Notes: a model not told the origin generated them from the sequence alone. A DNA stretch of 63,856 nucleotides, filler included, from Lama guanicoe (GCA_013239625.1; 77 parts of 77 records of this genome joined end to end with filler, not necessarily neighbours in it); one strand, 5' to 3'. Counted from the first letter of the whole stretch, positions 12,772-25,065 are shown. Translations and numbers: made by a program.

Positions 12772-13367
12772 TTCCAGTATTGTGCTGTTTTGATTACTGT
12801 ATTTTTGTAATATTGTCTGAAATCTGGGAGGGTAATGGGTTATGCTTCCAACTTTGTTCTTTTCCCACATTGTTCCTTTTGCAGTTCTGGTTCTCTTGCA
12901 GTTCCTTACAAATCTTAGGACTGTTTTTATTTCTATGGAAAATATCATGTATTTCGATCTGAATCACTTTATATCTGTAGACATTTTTGTAGTATGTATA
13001 TTATAGCAAAATAGCAATATTATTTCCTCTAAGCTAGGACCTTGAGATTTCTTTCCATTTCTTTCATCATCTTCAATTTTCTTTATCAGTGTCCTAATGA
13101 TTTTTTATCTTGATATTTAATAGGTTTTTCATTTTTCATCTGATTTCTTATGTATTTTTTAAATTATGGAATATTTCATTGTTAAAGAAATGTGACAGTA
13201 TTTTATATTAATCATGAATCATGCAACATTGGTAAATGTCTTTATTAGTTTTAGTTGTTCTGATGTGGAGAATCTTTAGAGTTCTGTATATAGATTATTA
13301 TGTCATCTAAAATAATGTCTGTTGTACTACATTCAATCCAATTTGAATACATTTTTTTTCTATTCCA
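12772..13367 (-). mobile_element. Old LINE-1 ORF2 fragment
   Basis: Degenerate RTAKGTMWEKNKVGSIT..RFQTILQ resembles L1 [21 protein letters not shown]. Confidence 0.8.
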
Positions 13368-13467
13368 NNNNNNNNNNNNNNNNNNNNNNNNNNNNNNNNN
13401 NNNNNNNNNNNTTAATTAATTAANNNNNNNNNNNNNNNNNNNNNNNNNNNNNNNNNNNNNNNNNNNN

Positions 13468-13647
13468 TCTGACTGGTGTGAGGTGATACCTCATTGTAGT
13501 TTTGGTTTGAATTTCTGTGATAATTAGTGATAATTAATGATATTGAACATTTTTTCATGTGCCGGTTGATCACTTGTATGTCTTCCTTGGAGAATTGCTT
13601 GTTTAGGTCTTTTGCCCATTTTTGGATTGGGTTGTTTGGTTGTTTCT
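13468..13647 (-). mobile_element. Younger LINE-1 ORF2 3' fragment
   Basis: Closely matches 15136-15298. Confidence 0.9.
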
Positions 13648-14237
13648 GTCATTGTCTTTAAATTTCACTTTTTGAATAATGATAGGTCTTGGTGTGAGTT
13701 GGTTTGAGCTGATCACATTTGGGACTCTCTCTGATTCCTGTGCCTGGGTATCAGTTTTGTTCTTCAGATTAGGGGAGTTTCCAGCCATAATTTTATCAAA
13801 GGTTTTCTCACCCTTTCTCTCTCTTCCTTCAGGGACCCCTACAATGTGAGTGTTACTGTGCTTGATACTGTCTCAGAAGTCCCTTAACCTCATGTAATGT
13901 GCTTTTTCTTCTTACCTTTCTGAATGGGTGCTTTTCATTATTCTATCTTACGGATTGCTAATGGGTCGTCTGTACTGCCTGATCTTCTGTGTTACCTACA
14001 CTTCTGCTCTGACTGGTTCTTTCTTAGACTTTCTACTTCTTTTTGAAAATTCCCCCTGTGTTCATCTGTTCTTTTTCCCAGTGCAGTTATCATTCTTAAT
14101 ACTGTTGCTTTGACCTTTTTGTCAGGTAAATTATTTATTTATTTTCATTATGATTTCACATAATACATGTTCCTGTGTGTTCTCATTGTAATTTGCTATA
14201 TCTCTGTGAAATTAGATGAAACAGTTACCTGTCAGAA
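13648..14237 (-). mobile_element. Older LINE-1 ORF1 fragment
   Basis: MAGNSPNLKNKTDTQAQESERVPN...TPRPIII resembles L1 ORF1 (ENFPNL..IQEAQRVP..TPRHIII). Confidence 0.8.
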
Positions 14238-14986
14238 NNNNNNNNNNNNNNNNNNNNNNNNNNNNNNNNNNNNNNNNNNNNTTAATTAATTAANNNNNNN
14301 NNNNNNNNNNNNNNNNNNNNNNNNNNNNNNNNNNNNNATTGTTGTGTGTAGAGAAGAGAATGTGCATCATAAGGGCCTGGCACATGAGGGTGGTCACTGA
14401 AGAGTGTTCTTCTTCTTCCCTAAGTAAAGTAAAGCTTATGGTACTTTTTTGAAGAGCTGCATAGCTACGTTTAAAATTCTTCTGCTGTTAATTTAAACGA
14501 ATGTTTTTCTTTCTACTTTGGTACTTTATTCAACTATTTTCCCTATCAATAAAAGTTTTATCAAATAAGAGATTCTGCTAAGCCTTTGTTTACTGAAATG
14601 TAGCGGTTTCCACAGTGTTCTGTTAATACTCAACATGACAGGCTCCAAGGCTTGTTTTCATGCCATGTATGTTATTTTAATGGTAAAAACAGTATCTGTC
14701 CTAAGAAACATTTTAAATGTATAGCATACTTATTAAACAATATATCTAAATATGTATTTTAATTTTTTATTGAAGTGTAGTCAGTTTATAATGTTAGTTT
14801 CAAGTGTACCTGCAAAGGAATTCAGTTATACGTATAAAAATACTTATGTTTTTTAAACGTCCTCTTCTTTTGTCGAGGAATGCAAANNNNNNNNNNNNNN
14901 NNNNNNNNNNNNNNNNNNNNNNNNNNNNNNTTAATTAATTAANNNNNNNNNNNNNNNNNNNNNNNNNNNNNNNNNNNNNNNNNNNN

Positions 14987-15470
14987 AGTCTATTCCTAGT
15001 CTTTTGAGGAATCTCCATACTGTTATCCACAGTGGTTGCACCACACTACATTCCCACCAGCAGTGTAGAAGGGTTCCTTTTTCTCCACAGCCTCTCCAGC
15101 ATTTGTCATTTGTGGATTTTTGAATGACGGCCATTCTGACTGGTGTGAGGTGATACCTCATTGTAGTTTTGAATTACATTTCTCTGATAATTAGTGATAT
15201 TGAGCATTTTTTCATGTACCTATTGATCATTTGTATGTCTTCCTTGGAGAATTGCTTGTTTAGGACTTCTGCCCAGATTGGGTTGTTTGGTTGTTTCTTA
15301 TTAAGTCATATGAGCTGCTTATATATTCTGGAGATCAAGCCTTTGTCGGTTTCATTTGCAAAAATTTTCTCGCATTTCATAGGTTGTCATTTTGTTTTAC
15401 TCATGGATTCCTTTGCTGTGTAGAAGCTTGTAACTTTAATTAGGTCCCATTTGTTTATTCTTGCTTTTAT
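14987..15470 (-). mobile_element. LINE-1 ORF2 C-terminal (CCHC) region
   Basis: [38 protein letters not shown]. Confidence 0.95.
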
Positions 15471-15570
15471 NNNNNNNNNNNNNNNNNNNNNNNNNNNNNN
15501 NNNNNNNNNNNNNNTTAATTAATTAANNNNNNNNNNNNNNNNNNNNNNNNNNNNNNNNNNNNNNNNNNNN

Positions 15571-16547
15571 AGTGCACCGTGATTGGTGTTAATTGTCTTC
15601 TGGGCAGTATATCTGTTCGAATAATAGAGATTTAGTCCATTGAGTTAATCTAGAAATCCTTCCTGCTCCGTTTCTGTCCATGCTTGCCATGTGACTGCCT
15701 GCCCGTGATTGGGCCGTGGAGGAGAAAATGTACTCATGGTTGAACTCTGATATTTCAGTCTGGTTCATAGATTCACGTCTTCTGTTACATTAAAATTACA
15801 TTAAAAAGTTAAGTTTCTGGTTTTCTTGCATCATTGTCTCATGAGTTTGGTTAATGTGAAACCAGTCCATGGGAGCCCAGGGGTGATGACGGAATAATTT
15901 CTGAGCACGTTGTGGCACTTCTACCCGTGCAGATGTGGCTGGATGATGTCCAGCTTCCTCACTGATTTTCCCCAACAGCAGGGTCCTCTCCCACCCCTGG
16001 ATGTGAGGTTGGGAGCTCTCTGAGTAGGCCAGTCTGAGGCCGAGTCCACCAATCAGAAAATGATGAAGTACCTGGAAGTGGGTTTAATAGAAGACAAGGG
16101 CTTCCAGGTAGTCAGATGGGCTGTTCGAGTCCACTTGGTGAAAAGCTGTCCACTGTCTGTGGTTGAGCTGCTTCTTTGCTGTTGAACAGTCTGGATTATA
16201 TGAAGGGATTTTAAAAAGCAGAAAGGAGAGATTTCAGGTGGTACGTCCACACCGGTGAGAAGTGAAAGATGACCGCCTTTGTGAGTCATAGACAGAGTCT
16301 TACAAACTTCATAAAACAGCTTTAAAATCTCTGCCATTTGAGTGCACTTCATATGGGGTCCAGATCATCACTGGTCGCGCTGTGAGGACAAGTAACTGAT
16401 GATGGCAGAAAGGACATGGAGGCATCAAAAAGGTCTCAGTCACTTTCCCTGTTTAAAGGATGCAGCACAGTGTAATATATTTGAGCTGGCTTTTCACTGA
16501 AAAATTTTTATTGTTTTCTGGGACTCCCCAGTGCCCCAAGGTTCCAT
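15571..16547. repeat. Unidentified multi-copy sequence family A, copy 1
   Basis: 15706-16169 is paralogous to 36125-36562, and 16407-16547 is paralogous to 17194-17334. Confidence 0.85.
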
Positions 16548-17193
16548 NNNNNNNNNNNNNNNNNNNNNNNNNNNNNNNNNNNNNNNNNNNNTTAATTAAT
16601 TAANNNNNNNNNNNNNNNNNNNNNNNNNNNNNNNNNNNNNNNNNNNNCCCACAAATGCATAGTGCTAGGTCACAGCAAATCGTGTCACCAGCTCACTGTC
16701 CTCAGAGAGGCTGGGCCGTTCTTCATTTCCTTGTTAGAGCTTGAAATGGGATTAAATGTGCTTTCTGGTCTCTCCCAAACCTAACGGATGGGACTTCAGG
16801 ACCTGAGGGAACCCTCAGCAGGGCCCTGTTCAGGACCTTGTCCAGAACCTTCTAGATACATATACATCTCATGTCGAGGAAAGAGCCTGCAGAACAGAGT
16901 ATTCTGCGACCTTCTTTGTTGTCCCTGTTGTTAGATTTGGGGCTCAGCCTGTTGAGTGAGAAGACGACCATTTGGTCCTTCTTGGTGCTAATATGGCTGA
17001 TGAATTTGAAAAAATGGCACTGACACCTTTACTATCTATCCAGCGATCAGAATTCCTTCATTCTTTCTGGACAGTTTAGTTCTCTGTCTCTCCNNNNNNN
17101 NNNNNNNNNNNNNNNNNNNNNNNNNNNNNNNNNNNNNTTAATTAATTAANNNNNNNNNNNNNNNNNNNNNNNNNNNNNNNNNNNNNNNNNNNN

Positions 17194-17489
17194 AGAAAGG
17201 ACACGGAGGCATCAAATAGGTCTCAGTCATGTTCCGTGTTTACAGGATGCGGCACAGTAGAATATATTTGAGCTGGTTTTTCACTGAACAGTTTTGAGTG
17301 TTTTCTGGGACTCTCCAGTTCCCCAAGTTTCCATGCAGCTGGGTGTCTCCTCAGAGCAGCAATGTCAGCGCTTGCTCTGGGCTGACGTGGTGTCACTGGG
17401 AGCAGGACGGTCAGCATCCCTGGCTCCTCCGAGCTCCGTCTCCTCATCCGCAGCACCGGGTTCCTCATCCGTGTCTACTTAGTAGGGTT
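17194..17489. repeat. Unidentified multi-copy family A, copy 2
   Basis: The first ~140 bp align to 16407-16547 with scattered substitutions. Confidence 0.85.
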
Positions 17490-18531
17490 NNNNNNNNNNN
17501 NNNNNNNNNNNNNNNNNNNNNNNNNNNNNNNNNNNNNNNNNNNNNNNNNNNNNNNNNNNNNNNNNNNNNNNNNNNNNNNNNNNNNNNNNNNNNNNNNNNN
17601 NNNNNNNNNNNNNNNNNNNNNNNNNNNNNNNNNNNNNNNNNNNNNNNNNNNNNNNNNNNNNNNNNNNNNNNNNNNNNNNNNNNNNNNNNNNNNNNNNNNN
17701 NNNNNNNNNNNNNNNNNNNNNNNNNNNNNNNNNNNNNNNNNNNNNNNNACCCACCCTCCTTGTCTGCACTTAATAATAAATATTTCAATACACAAAATAG
17801 TTCTTAAACACCATCATGGGACCTATATTCTGCATAGACAATTGAATACATATGCTATTTCAATAAGAATAAAAGTCGTAGGGACATACGTTTCTGAATC
17901 TGTTTACGTGTTTAAAAACGATCATAGGTAGTGATAAACACGAGAATTGGATCCACTACTTCTTAGGGTTTGCTTTGCCATCATGGGAAATTACGTTCTA
18001 CAGAGAAGGCTAATTGGGTCTCTTTGATATTTGGATGATTTAGCAATGTTCAAGGCTTTCAAAAGCTGACAGTTTTGTATTTTAAACTAACTACAAAGTT
18101 ATCTTCTAGAAGTTGGAAGTCCTTAGCTTGTGAAGTACCCAGTAATTCAGTGTGTATATGTCTGTGTCTCTGTGAATGTGTGTGTGTGTGATTTTAGGAA
18201 TGTAGCAATAAGTTCCATATAGCCTTCTGATACCTTTCTCTTCCAGTTCAAGGTGTAGGTATATATTTACACAAATAAATTGATACTCTTTTGTCATTTG
18301 GCATATTTGTGGGAATAAGAGGTTCTCATACTTTTTTCAGAAGGGTTGGGGAGAATGAGCTTAGAAAATGAGAGGAGATAGGGGCAGGGAGGTTCTTTAC
18401 ACTTTGTGCAGGATGAGAAACAGTAGCTTTTNNNNNNNNNNNNNNNNNNNNNNNNNNNNNNNNNNNNNNNNNNNNTTAATTAATTAANNNNNNNNNNNNN
18501 NNNNNNNNNNNNNNNNNNNNNNNNNNNNNNN

Positions 18532-18935
18532 AAACCCCCCTAGCATTCCCTGGCACACAGACATTAGGAAAAAACACAGGAAGGTCGAGCTTAGGCATTC
18601 CGTTAGAACCCATGTGCTGCCGACCGTTGGTGGAACCTCCCCACGCTCAGGATTCCGGAACCATTGTCAGTGCGTGGGGAGCTCGAGAGAAAACTCCACG
18701 CAGCCCTATTTCAGTACAGGTGTTCCCTGAAATGGGAAGACTGAGAAATACCATCTCTGACCTTCTGGAGGCAGACTCTGTCACTGGGATTTCCTACAAA
18801 CCCCCCTAGCATTCCCTGGCACAGAGATATTAGGAAAAAACCCAGGGGAGTCGAGCTTAGGCATTCCTTAAGAACCCATGCGCTGTCGACCGTTGGTGGA
18901 ACCTCCCCAAACTCAGGATTCCGGAACCATTGTCA
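18532..18935 (+). repeat. 266-268-bp satellite
   Basis: tagcattccctggcac at 18541 and 18807 (period 266). Confidence 0.95.
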
Positions 18936-19035
18936 NNNNNNNNNNNNNNNNNNNNNNNNNNNNNNNNNNNNNNNNNNNNTTAATTAATTAANNNNNNNNN
19001 NNNNNNNNNNNNNNNNNNNNNNNNNNNNNNNNNNN

Positions 19036-20523
19036 TAATTTCATATAGACTCGTGTACACTTTTTCACAAGCTTTCCCTAACACTACTTTCGAATTCGTT
19101 CATTTTTCACAGAAGAATACTTCTGGAGTTTATTCAACCTAATAGATATATAATTTACATGAATTCCATCAACATGGCATTCCGGGTTCCNNNNNNNNNN
19201 NNNNNNNNNNNNNNNNNNNNNNNNNNNNNNNNNNNNNNNNNNNNNNNNNNNNNNNNNNNNNNNNNNNNNNNNNNNNNNNNNNNNNNNNNNNNNNNNNNNN
19301 NNNNNNNNNNNNNNNNNNNNNNNNNNNNNNNNNNNNNNNNNNNNNNNNNNNNNNNNNNNNNNNNNNNNNNNNNNNNNNNNNNNNNNNNNNNNNNNNNNNN
19401 NNNNNNNNNNNNNNNNNNNNNNNNNNNNNNNNNNNNNNNNNNNNNNNNNNNNNNNNNNNNNNNNNNNNNNNNNNNNNNNNNNNNNNNNNNNNNNNNNNNN
19501 NNNNNNNNNNNNNNNNNNNNNNNNNNNNNNNNNNNNNNNNNNNNNNNNNNNNNNNNNNNNNNNNNNNNNNNNNNNNNNNNNNNNNNNNNNNNNNNNNNNN
19601 NNNNNNNNNNNNNNNNNNNNNNNNNNNNNNNNNNNNNNNNNNNNNNNNNNNNNNNNNNNNNNNNNNNNNNNNNNNNNNNNNNNNNNNNNNNNNNNNNNNN
19701 NNNNNNNNNNNNNNNNNNNNNNNNNNNNNNNNNNNNNNNNNNNNNNNNNNNNNNNNNNNNNNNNNNNNNNNNNNNNNNNNNNNNNNNNNNNNNNNNNNNN
19801 NNNNNNNNNNNNNNNNNNNNNNNNNNNNNNNNNNNNNNNNNNNNNNNNNNNNNNNNNNNNNNNNNNNNNNNNNNNNNNNNNNNNNNNNNNNNNNNNNNNN
19901 NNNNNNNNNNNAGATATATAATTTACATGAATTCCATCAACATGGCATTCCGGGTTCTGTACATGCTACATGCATGACGGATTCGGCAAACATGCGTTTC
20001 TGAGTTGTGAGCATGTGGATTTGTGAACTTTCATCCAACAAACATGGCATATATACACTTTGAAATATTTACTCTGACTTCATAAGTTTTTTGTATCACC
20101 AGGTTCTAAAATCGGACATTTGCCAGTAGAAAACACTTTTTGGGCGAATACTCACCAATATTCATGTAATTTACATTGTTTACATAACCATGGCATTCCG
20201 TTTTCCGAACATGTTTCATGCATCACGGATTCCTCAAACATGCATTTCTGAGCTGTGAACATGCGCATGACAGATGTTTCAACCACCAAACAAGTTACNN
20301 NNNNNNNNNNNNNNNNNNNNNNNNNNNNNNNNNNNNNNNNNNNNNNNNNNNNNNNNNNNNNNNNNNNNNNNNNNNNNNNNNNNNNNNNNNNNNNNNNNNN
20401 NNNNNNNNNNNNNNNNNNNNNNNNNNNNNNNTTCCTTCAACATTTCGTGTTCCGTACATGATACATGCACGACAGATTCGACAAACATGCATTCCAGAGT
20501 TGAGAGCATGTGGATTACTGATT
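19036..20523 (+). repeat. Diverged ~249-bp AT-rich satellite
   Basis: The catgca.gac.gattc...aaacatgc motif recurs at ~19969, 20217 and 20464. 19144-19189 is identical to 19912-19957. Confidence 0.85.
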
Positions 20524-20623
20524 NNNNNNNNNNNNNNNNNNNNNNNNNNNNNNNNNNNNNNNNNNNNTTAATTAATTAANNNNNNNNNNNNNNNNNNNNN
20601 NNNNNNNNNNNNNNNNNNNNNNN

Positions 20624-21248
20624 CATAATACTGAATATAGAATTTATAATATAGAATGTAGAACACAGAATTAAAATATAGAATACATAATGCTGAATAT
20701 AGAATTTAGAATATTGTATGTAGACACAGTATATAGAATATAGAATACTAGTATATAGAACCCAGAATTTACAACATGGATAACAGAACACAGAATTTTG
20801 AATATAGAATACAGAAAAATGAATATAGAAATTAAAATATACCATGTAGAACACAGAATATAGAATATAGATTGCGGAATGTAGAATATAGAATACAGAA
20901 TATAGAATATAGAAAAGAGAATATAGAATATGGAAAACAGAATACAGAACCCAGAATTTAGTACATGGAATTCACAGCACAGAATTTAGGGTATAGGATA
21001 CAGAATACTGAATATAGAAATCGAATATAGAATGCAGAACACAGAATTTAGAATATAGAATACAGAATACTGAATACAGAATTTCGAATATAGAATGTAG
21101 AACGCAGAATATAGAATATATAATACGGAATGCAGAATATAGAATGCAGAATATAGAATTAAGAACACAAAATATTCAATATATAAAACAGAAATATCCG
21201 AACACAGAATTTAGATTATAGAATACAGAATACTGAATATAGAATTTT
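20624..21248 (-). repeat. 7-bp-based satellite (reverse orientation)
   Basis: AGAATAT/AGAATAC array. Confidence 0.95.
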
Positions 21249-21348
21249 NNNNNNNNNNNNNNNNNNNNNNNNNNNNNNNNNNNNNNNNNNNNTTAATTAA
21301 TTAANNNNNNNNNNNNNNNNNNNNNNNNNNNNNNNNNNNNNNNNNNNN

Positions 21349-22148
21349 TGATGTATTACATTGATTGATTTGCATATGTTGAACCACCCTTGTGTCAACA
21401 CATTCTATTTGCTAAAATTTTGGTGAGGATTTTGGCGTCTATGTTCATCAGTGATATTGGCCTATAATTCTCTTTTTTTGTAGTGTCTTTGCCTGGTTTT
21501 GGTATCAGGGTGATGGTGGCTTCATAGAATGAGTTTGGGAGTATTCCCTCCTTTTCAATCGTCTGGAAGAGTTTGAGAAGGACTGGTATGNNNNNNNNNN
21601 NNNNNNNNNNNNNNNNNNNNNNNNNNNNNNNNNNNNNNNNNNNNNNNNNNNNNNNNNNNNNNNNNNNNNNNNNNNNNNNNNNNNNNNNNNNNNNNNNNNN
21701 NNNNNNNNNNNNNNNNNNNNNNNNNNNNNNNNNNNNNNNNNNNNNNNNNNNNNNNNNNNNNNNNNNNNNNNNNNNNNNNNNNNNNNNNNNNNNNNNNNNN
21801 NNNNNNNNNNNNNNNNNNNNNNNNNNNNNNTTTTCATAATATTCTCGTATGATATTCTGTATTTCTATTTTGTTTATTGTAATTTCTCCATTTTCCTTTC
21901 TTATTTTGCTAATTTGTGCTCTCTCTTTTTTCTTCTTTGTGAGTTTGGCCAGAGGTTTGTCGATTTTATTTACTTTTTCAAAAAACCAGCTTTTGGTTTG
22001 GTTGATTTTTTTTCTATGGTCTTTTTAACCTGTATTTTATTTATTTCCTCCCTTATCTTTATAATTTCCTTCCTTCTGCTGCCTTTTGGGGATTTTTATT
22101 CTTCTTTTTCTAGTTCATTCAGCTGGTGGGTTAAATTGTTTGAGATTG
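21349..22148 (-). mobile_element. LINE-1 ORF2 fragment between the endonuclease and RT domains
   Basis: Minus strand reads [35 protein letters not shown] and NQTKSWFFEK. Confidence 0.95.
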
Positions 22149-22248
22149 NNNNNNNNNNNNNNNNNNNNNNNNNNNNNNNNNNNNNNNNNNNNTTAATTAA
22201 TTAANNNNNNNNNNNNNNNNNNNNNNNNNNNNNNNNNNNNNNNNNNNN

Positions 22249-23087
22249 AACCGAGTTGGAGCTTGTACCTCCCCATATATATGTAAGGAGTGGAGTCAGT
22301 AACCGAAAAGAAACTTTGTGTTCCCTTCAAGCTGGGTGAAGGACGGCTTTCACACACACTTATTTCTCAGAACTGAGCATGTGGAGAGACGTTCGTTCAT
22401 CCAGCACAAAGGGAACGGGTTGCAGGAGAAACACTTACTCTGGTTTCTCAGTCTGTTTCCTAGTGCCGGNNNNNNNNNNNNNNNNNNNNNNNNNNNNNNN
22501 NNNNNNNNNNNNNNNNNNNNNNNNNNNNNNNNNNNNNNNNNNNNNNNNNNNNNNNNNNNNNNNNNNNNNNNNNNNNNNNNNNNNNNNNNNNNNNGCTTTC
22601 AAACACACTTATCTCTCAGAACTGAGCATGTGGAGAGACGTTCGTTCATCCAGCACAAAGGGAAAGATTTGCATGAGAAACTCTTACTCTGGTTTCTGAC
22701 TCTGTTTCCTAGTCCCGGTTTGAAGTGCCTGCCGTTTTCACTATAAAACCTAGTTGGAGCTTGTACCTCCCCATATATATGTATGGAGAGGTATTGGCAA
22801 CTGAAAAGAAACTTTGTGTTCCCTTCAAGCTAGGTGAAAGGCGGCTTTCAAACACACTTATCTCTCAGAACTGAGCATGTGGAGAGACGTTCGTTCATCC
22901 AGCACAAAGGGAACGGGTTGCAGGGGAAACACTTACTCTTTTTTCTCAGTCTGTTTCTTTGTGCCGGTTTGAAGTGCCTGCCGTTTTCCCTCTTATACCG
23001 AGTTGGAGCTTGTACCTCCCCATATATATGTATGGAGAGGTATTGGCAACTGAAAAGAAACTTTGTGTTCCCTTCAAGCTAGGTGAA
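22249..23087 (+). repeat. 249-bp tandem satellite
   Basis: actgagcatgtggagagacgttcg at 22372, 22621 and 22870. Confidence 0.95.
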
Positions 23088-23187
23088 NNNNNNNNNNNNN
23101 NNNNNNNNNNNNNNNNNNNNNNNNNNNNNNNTTAATTAATTAANNNNNNNNNNNNNNNNNNNNNNNNNNNNNNNNNNNNNNNNNNNN

Positions 23188-23600
23188 ACGGCCCCAACGC
23201 CGTGCCCTCTGCGGCCTGCGCCCGCCGCTCCCTCTCTGGCAGCCGCCGCCGCTCCGCTCCTCTCAAATGCCCGGCTCCTCTCACCTTTTTTCCCCTTCCT
23301 GGGGGGCGGGGGCGGGGGGCGATCCGAGCCAGATGCCTGGAGGTGGGGGGTGGGGGAGAAGGAGGAGAGAGGCGAGCTCCTTCCTCTCACCGGGCTGCTG
23401 GCTCCTTAATCTCTCGCTCTCTGAAACTGGATCCCAAATCGGGAGCCAGAGACTGCATTACGGATTATATCAGGCTTTATAGAGCTTCCAGATCACACAT
23501 TAGAGGGAGCGCGAGTGGGGAGCGGGTTGGGGTGGGGGAGAGAGAACGAGGTAGCGAGGTAGGGATAAAATGCAGACGCGCACACCGAGGAAAGCCCAGG
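23188..23600. promoter_or_regulatory. CpG-island-like fragment with GC boxes
   Basis: High GC and CpG content, a gccgccgcc tract and ggggcgggggcgggg at ~23303-23319. Confidence 0.55.
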
Positions 23601-23695
23601 TCCTGCCCCATGCAGCAGGAAAACCAAGAGCTGCGTCTCAGCTCTCTGCGTCTTCCAGGAGCCTAAGAGTGGCTGCAGGCTGTCTGGCTGGATAA

Positions 23696-24069
23696 TTGGT
23701 GGATGGGTGGATGGATGGAGGGAAGGAAATTATACCGGTTGTACATAGACAATGAACACAGGTTCGCGAGAGGATGGGATGAGTGGAAGGATGGATGAGG
23801 TAAATAGGTGCAGATCGAGGAGATGCATGGGAGGATGGATGGACAGATGCCTGGAGAGATGGGCGAGATGTTGGATGGAAGGGTGGAGGGTGGATGGACG
23901 GATAGAGAAAAGAGACAAGTGAAGATGGACAGGATAGGTGAGTGCATAAGTGGACAGATGGCACACCAGTGGAGGGCTGAAGAGACTGGGTGGGCCATGC
24001 AGTTGGAAGGATAATGAGTAGATAGGTGGATGAGAGTGGGTGGGCAGGTGAGATGGAAGAGGGAATGAG
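23696..24069 (+). repeat. Degenerate (GGAT)n simple repeat
   Basis: Purine-rich tract of tggatgggtggatggatgg repeats. Confidence 0.8.
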
Positions 24070-24399
24070 NNNNNNNNNNNNNNNNNNNNNNNNNNNNNNN
24101 NNNNNNNNNNNNNTTAATTAATTAANNNNNNNNNNNNNNNNNNNNNNNNNNNNNNNNNNNNNNNNNNNNTGTCCTTTGAGTATCTGACAAATGTCTCCTC
24201 ATTTATCCACATATGTGGCACGATCCTCCTCTCATGCTCTTAGGTTTTCTTCATGTTACACTCTTACCACTGTTCTGCAGTCTTCCCAGTGCTCCTTTGT
24301 GGGTGATACCTTACGCAGAGCTTTCCGTGTGTCCCTCTTACACCTTATTATCCTTTTATTTGCATTCAGGTTTACTCAACTAGGTTTTTTTCCTTTTAT

Positions 24400-24905
24400 G
24401 TTATTTTATTTTATTATTATTCTAAAATTTTTAAATCCTTAATTTCCACTTTCACGTTCTTCTATCGTTCTGTTTCCAAAAGGAAATGAGAGCATAGCTC
24501 CGTCGCCTGTACATTGTCCACGGTCCCTGGGCTGGGGTAGGTCCCGACTCCTGCCAGCCGGTTGCTTCGAGGGTGTGGAGCACCCGGGGGCTCACATGCA
24601 GCCCCCCGGGAACGGCGCGGGGTCCTGGCGCCCCCTCCTTACTGCTGAGGTCTGGGTGTGGCTGGGCGGCCGCTAGGCTAGGCGCGCCGGCTGGGGCAGC
24701 TCCTGGGAGATGCAGCAGTGCAGGCGCTCCAGGTTCTGGCTGTGGAGCTGGATGTCGTTGTGCCCGGAGGCCCCACACCCACAGAGGCTCCACGGCCTTG
24801 GGGCAGCGCTCGTAGAGCGCCAGCCCGTGCGAGAAGTCGGCCACCTCGTCTTCCAACCCGTGGATGATGAGCACCGGCGACGTCAGCTTGGGCCCTTTCT
24901 CCATG
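24400..24905 (-). pseudogene. ABHD17A: ABHD17A-like terminal exon (coding part 24905-24678 plus 3' UTR), frameshifted, with upstream intron retained
   Basis: Reads [42 protein letters not shown], then after a +1 shift [21 protein letters not shown], with TAG at 24680-24678. A ctgaccgcacAG acceptor (24907-24906) precedes the exon. Confidence 0.9.
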
Positions 24906-25065
24906 CTGTGCGGTCAGGGAGTCACGTTAGGCCTCCGCGCCCCACCCCCGCTGAGGCCCCGCCCCNNNNNNNNNNNNNNNNNNNNNNNNNNNNNNNNNNN
25001 NNNNNNNNNTTAATTAATTAANNNNNNNNNNNNNNNNNNNNNNNNNNNNNNNNNNNNNNNNNNNN

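Noticed and set aside
22318..23082. Repeated RTEHVERRSFIQHKG ORFs (249 bp = 83 codons)
   Set aside because: They come from the satellite; stops and 231/247-bp monomers in other copies break the frame.
24452..24904. 150-aa ORF as a functional ABHD17 variant
   Set aside because: It starts at a mutated internal codon, lacks the catalytic Ser region, and runs out of frame into the 3' UTR.
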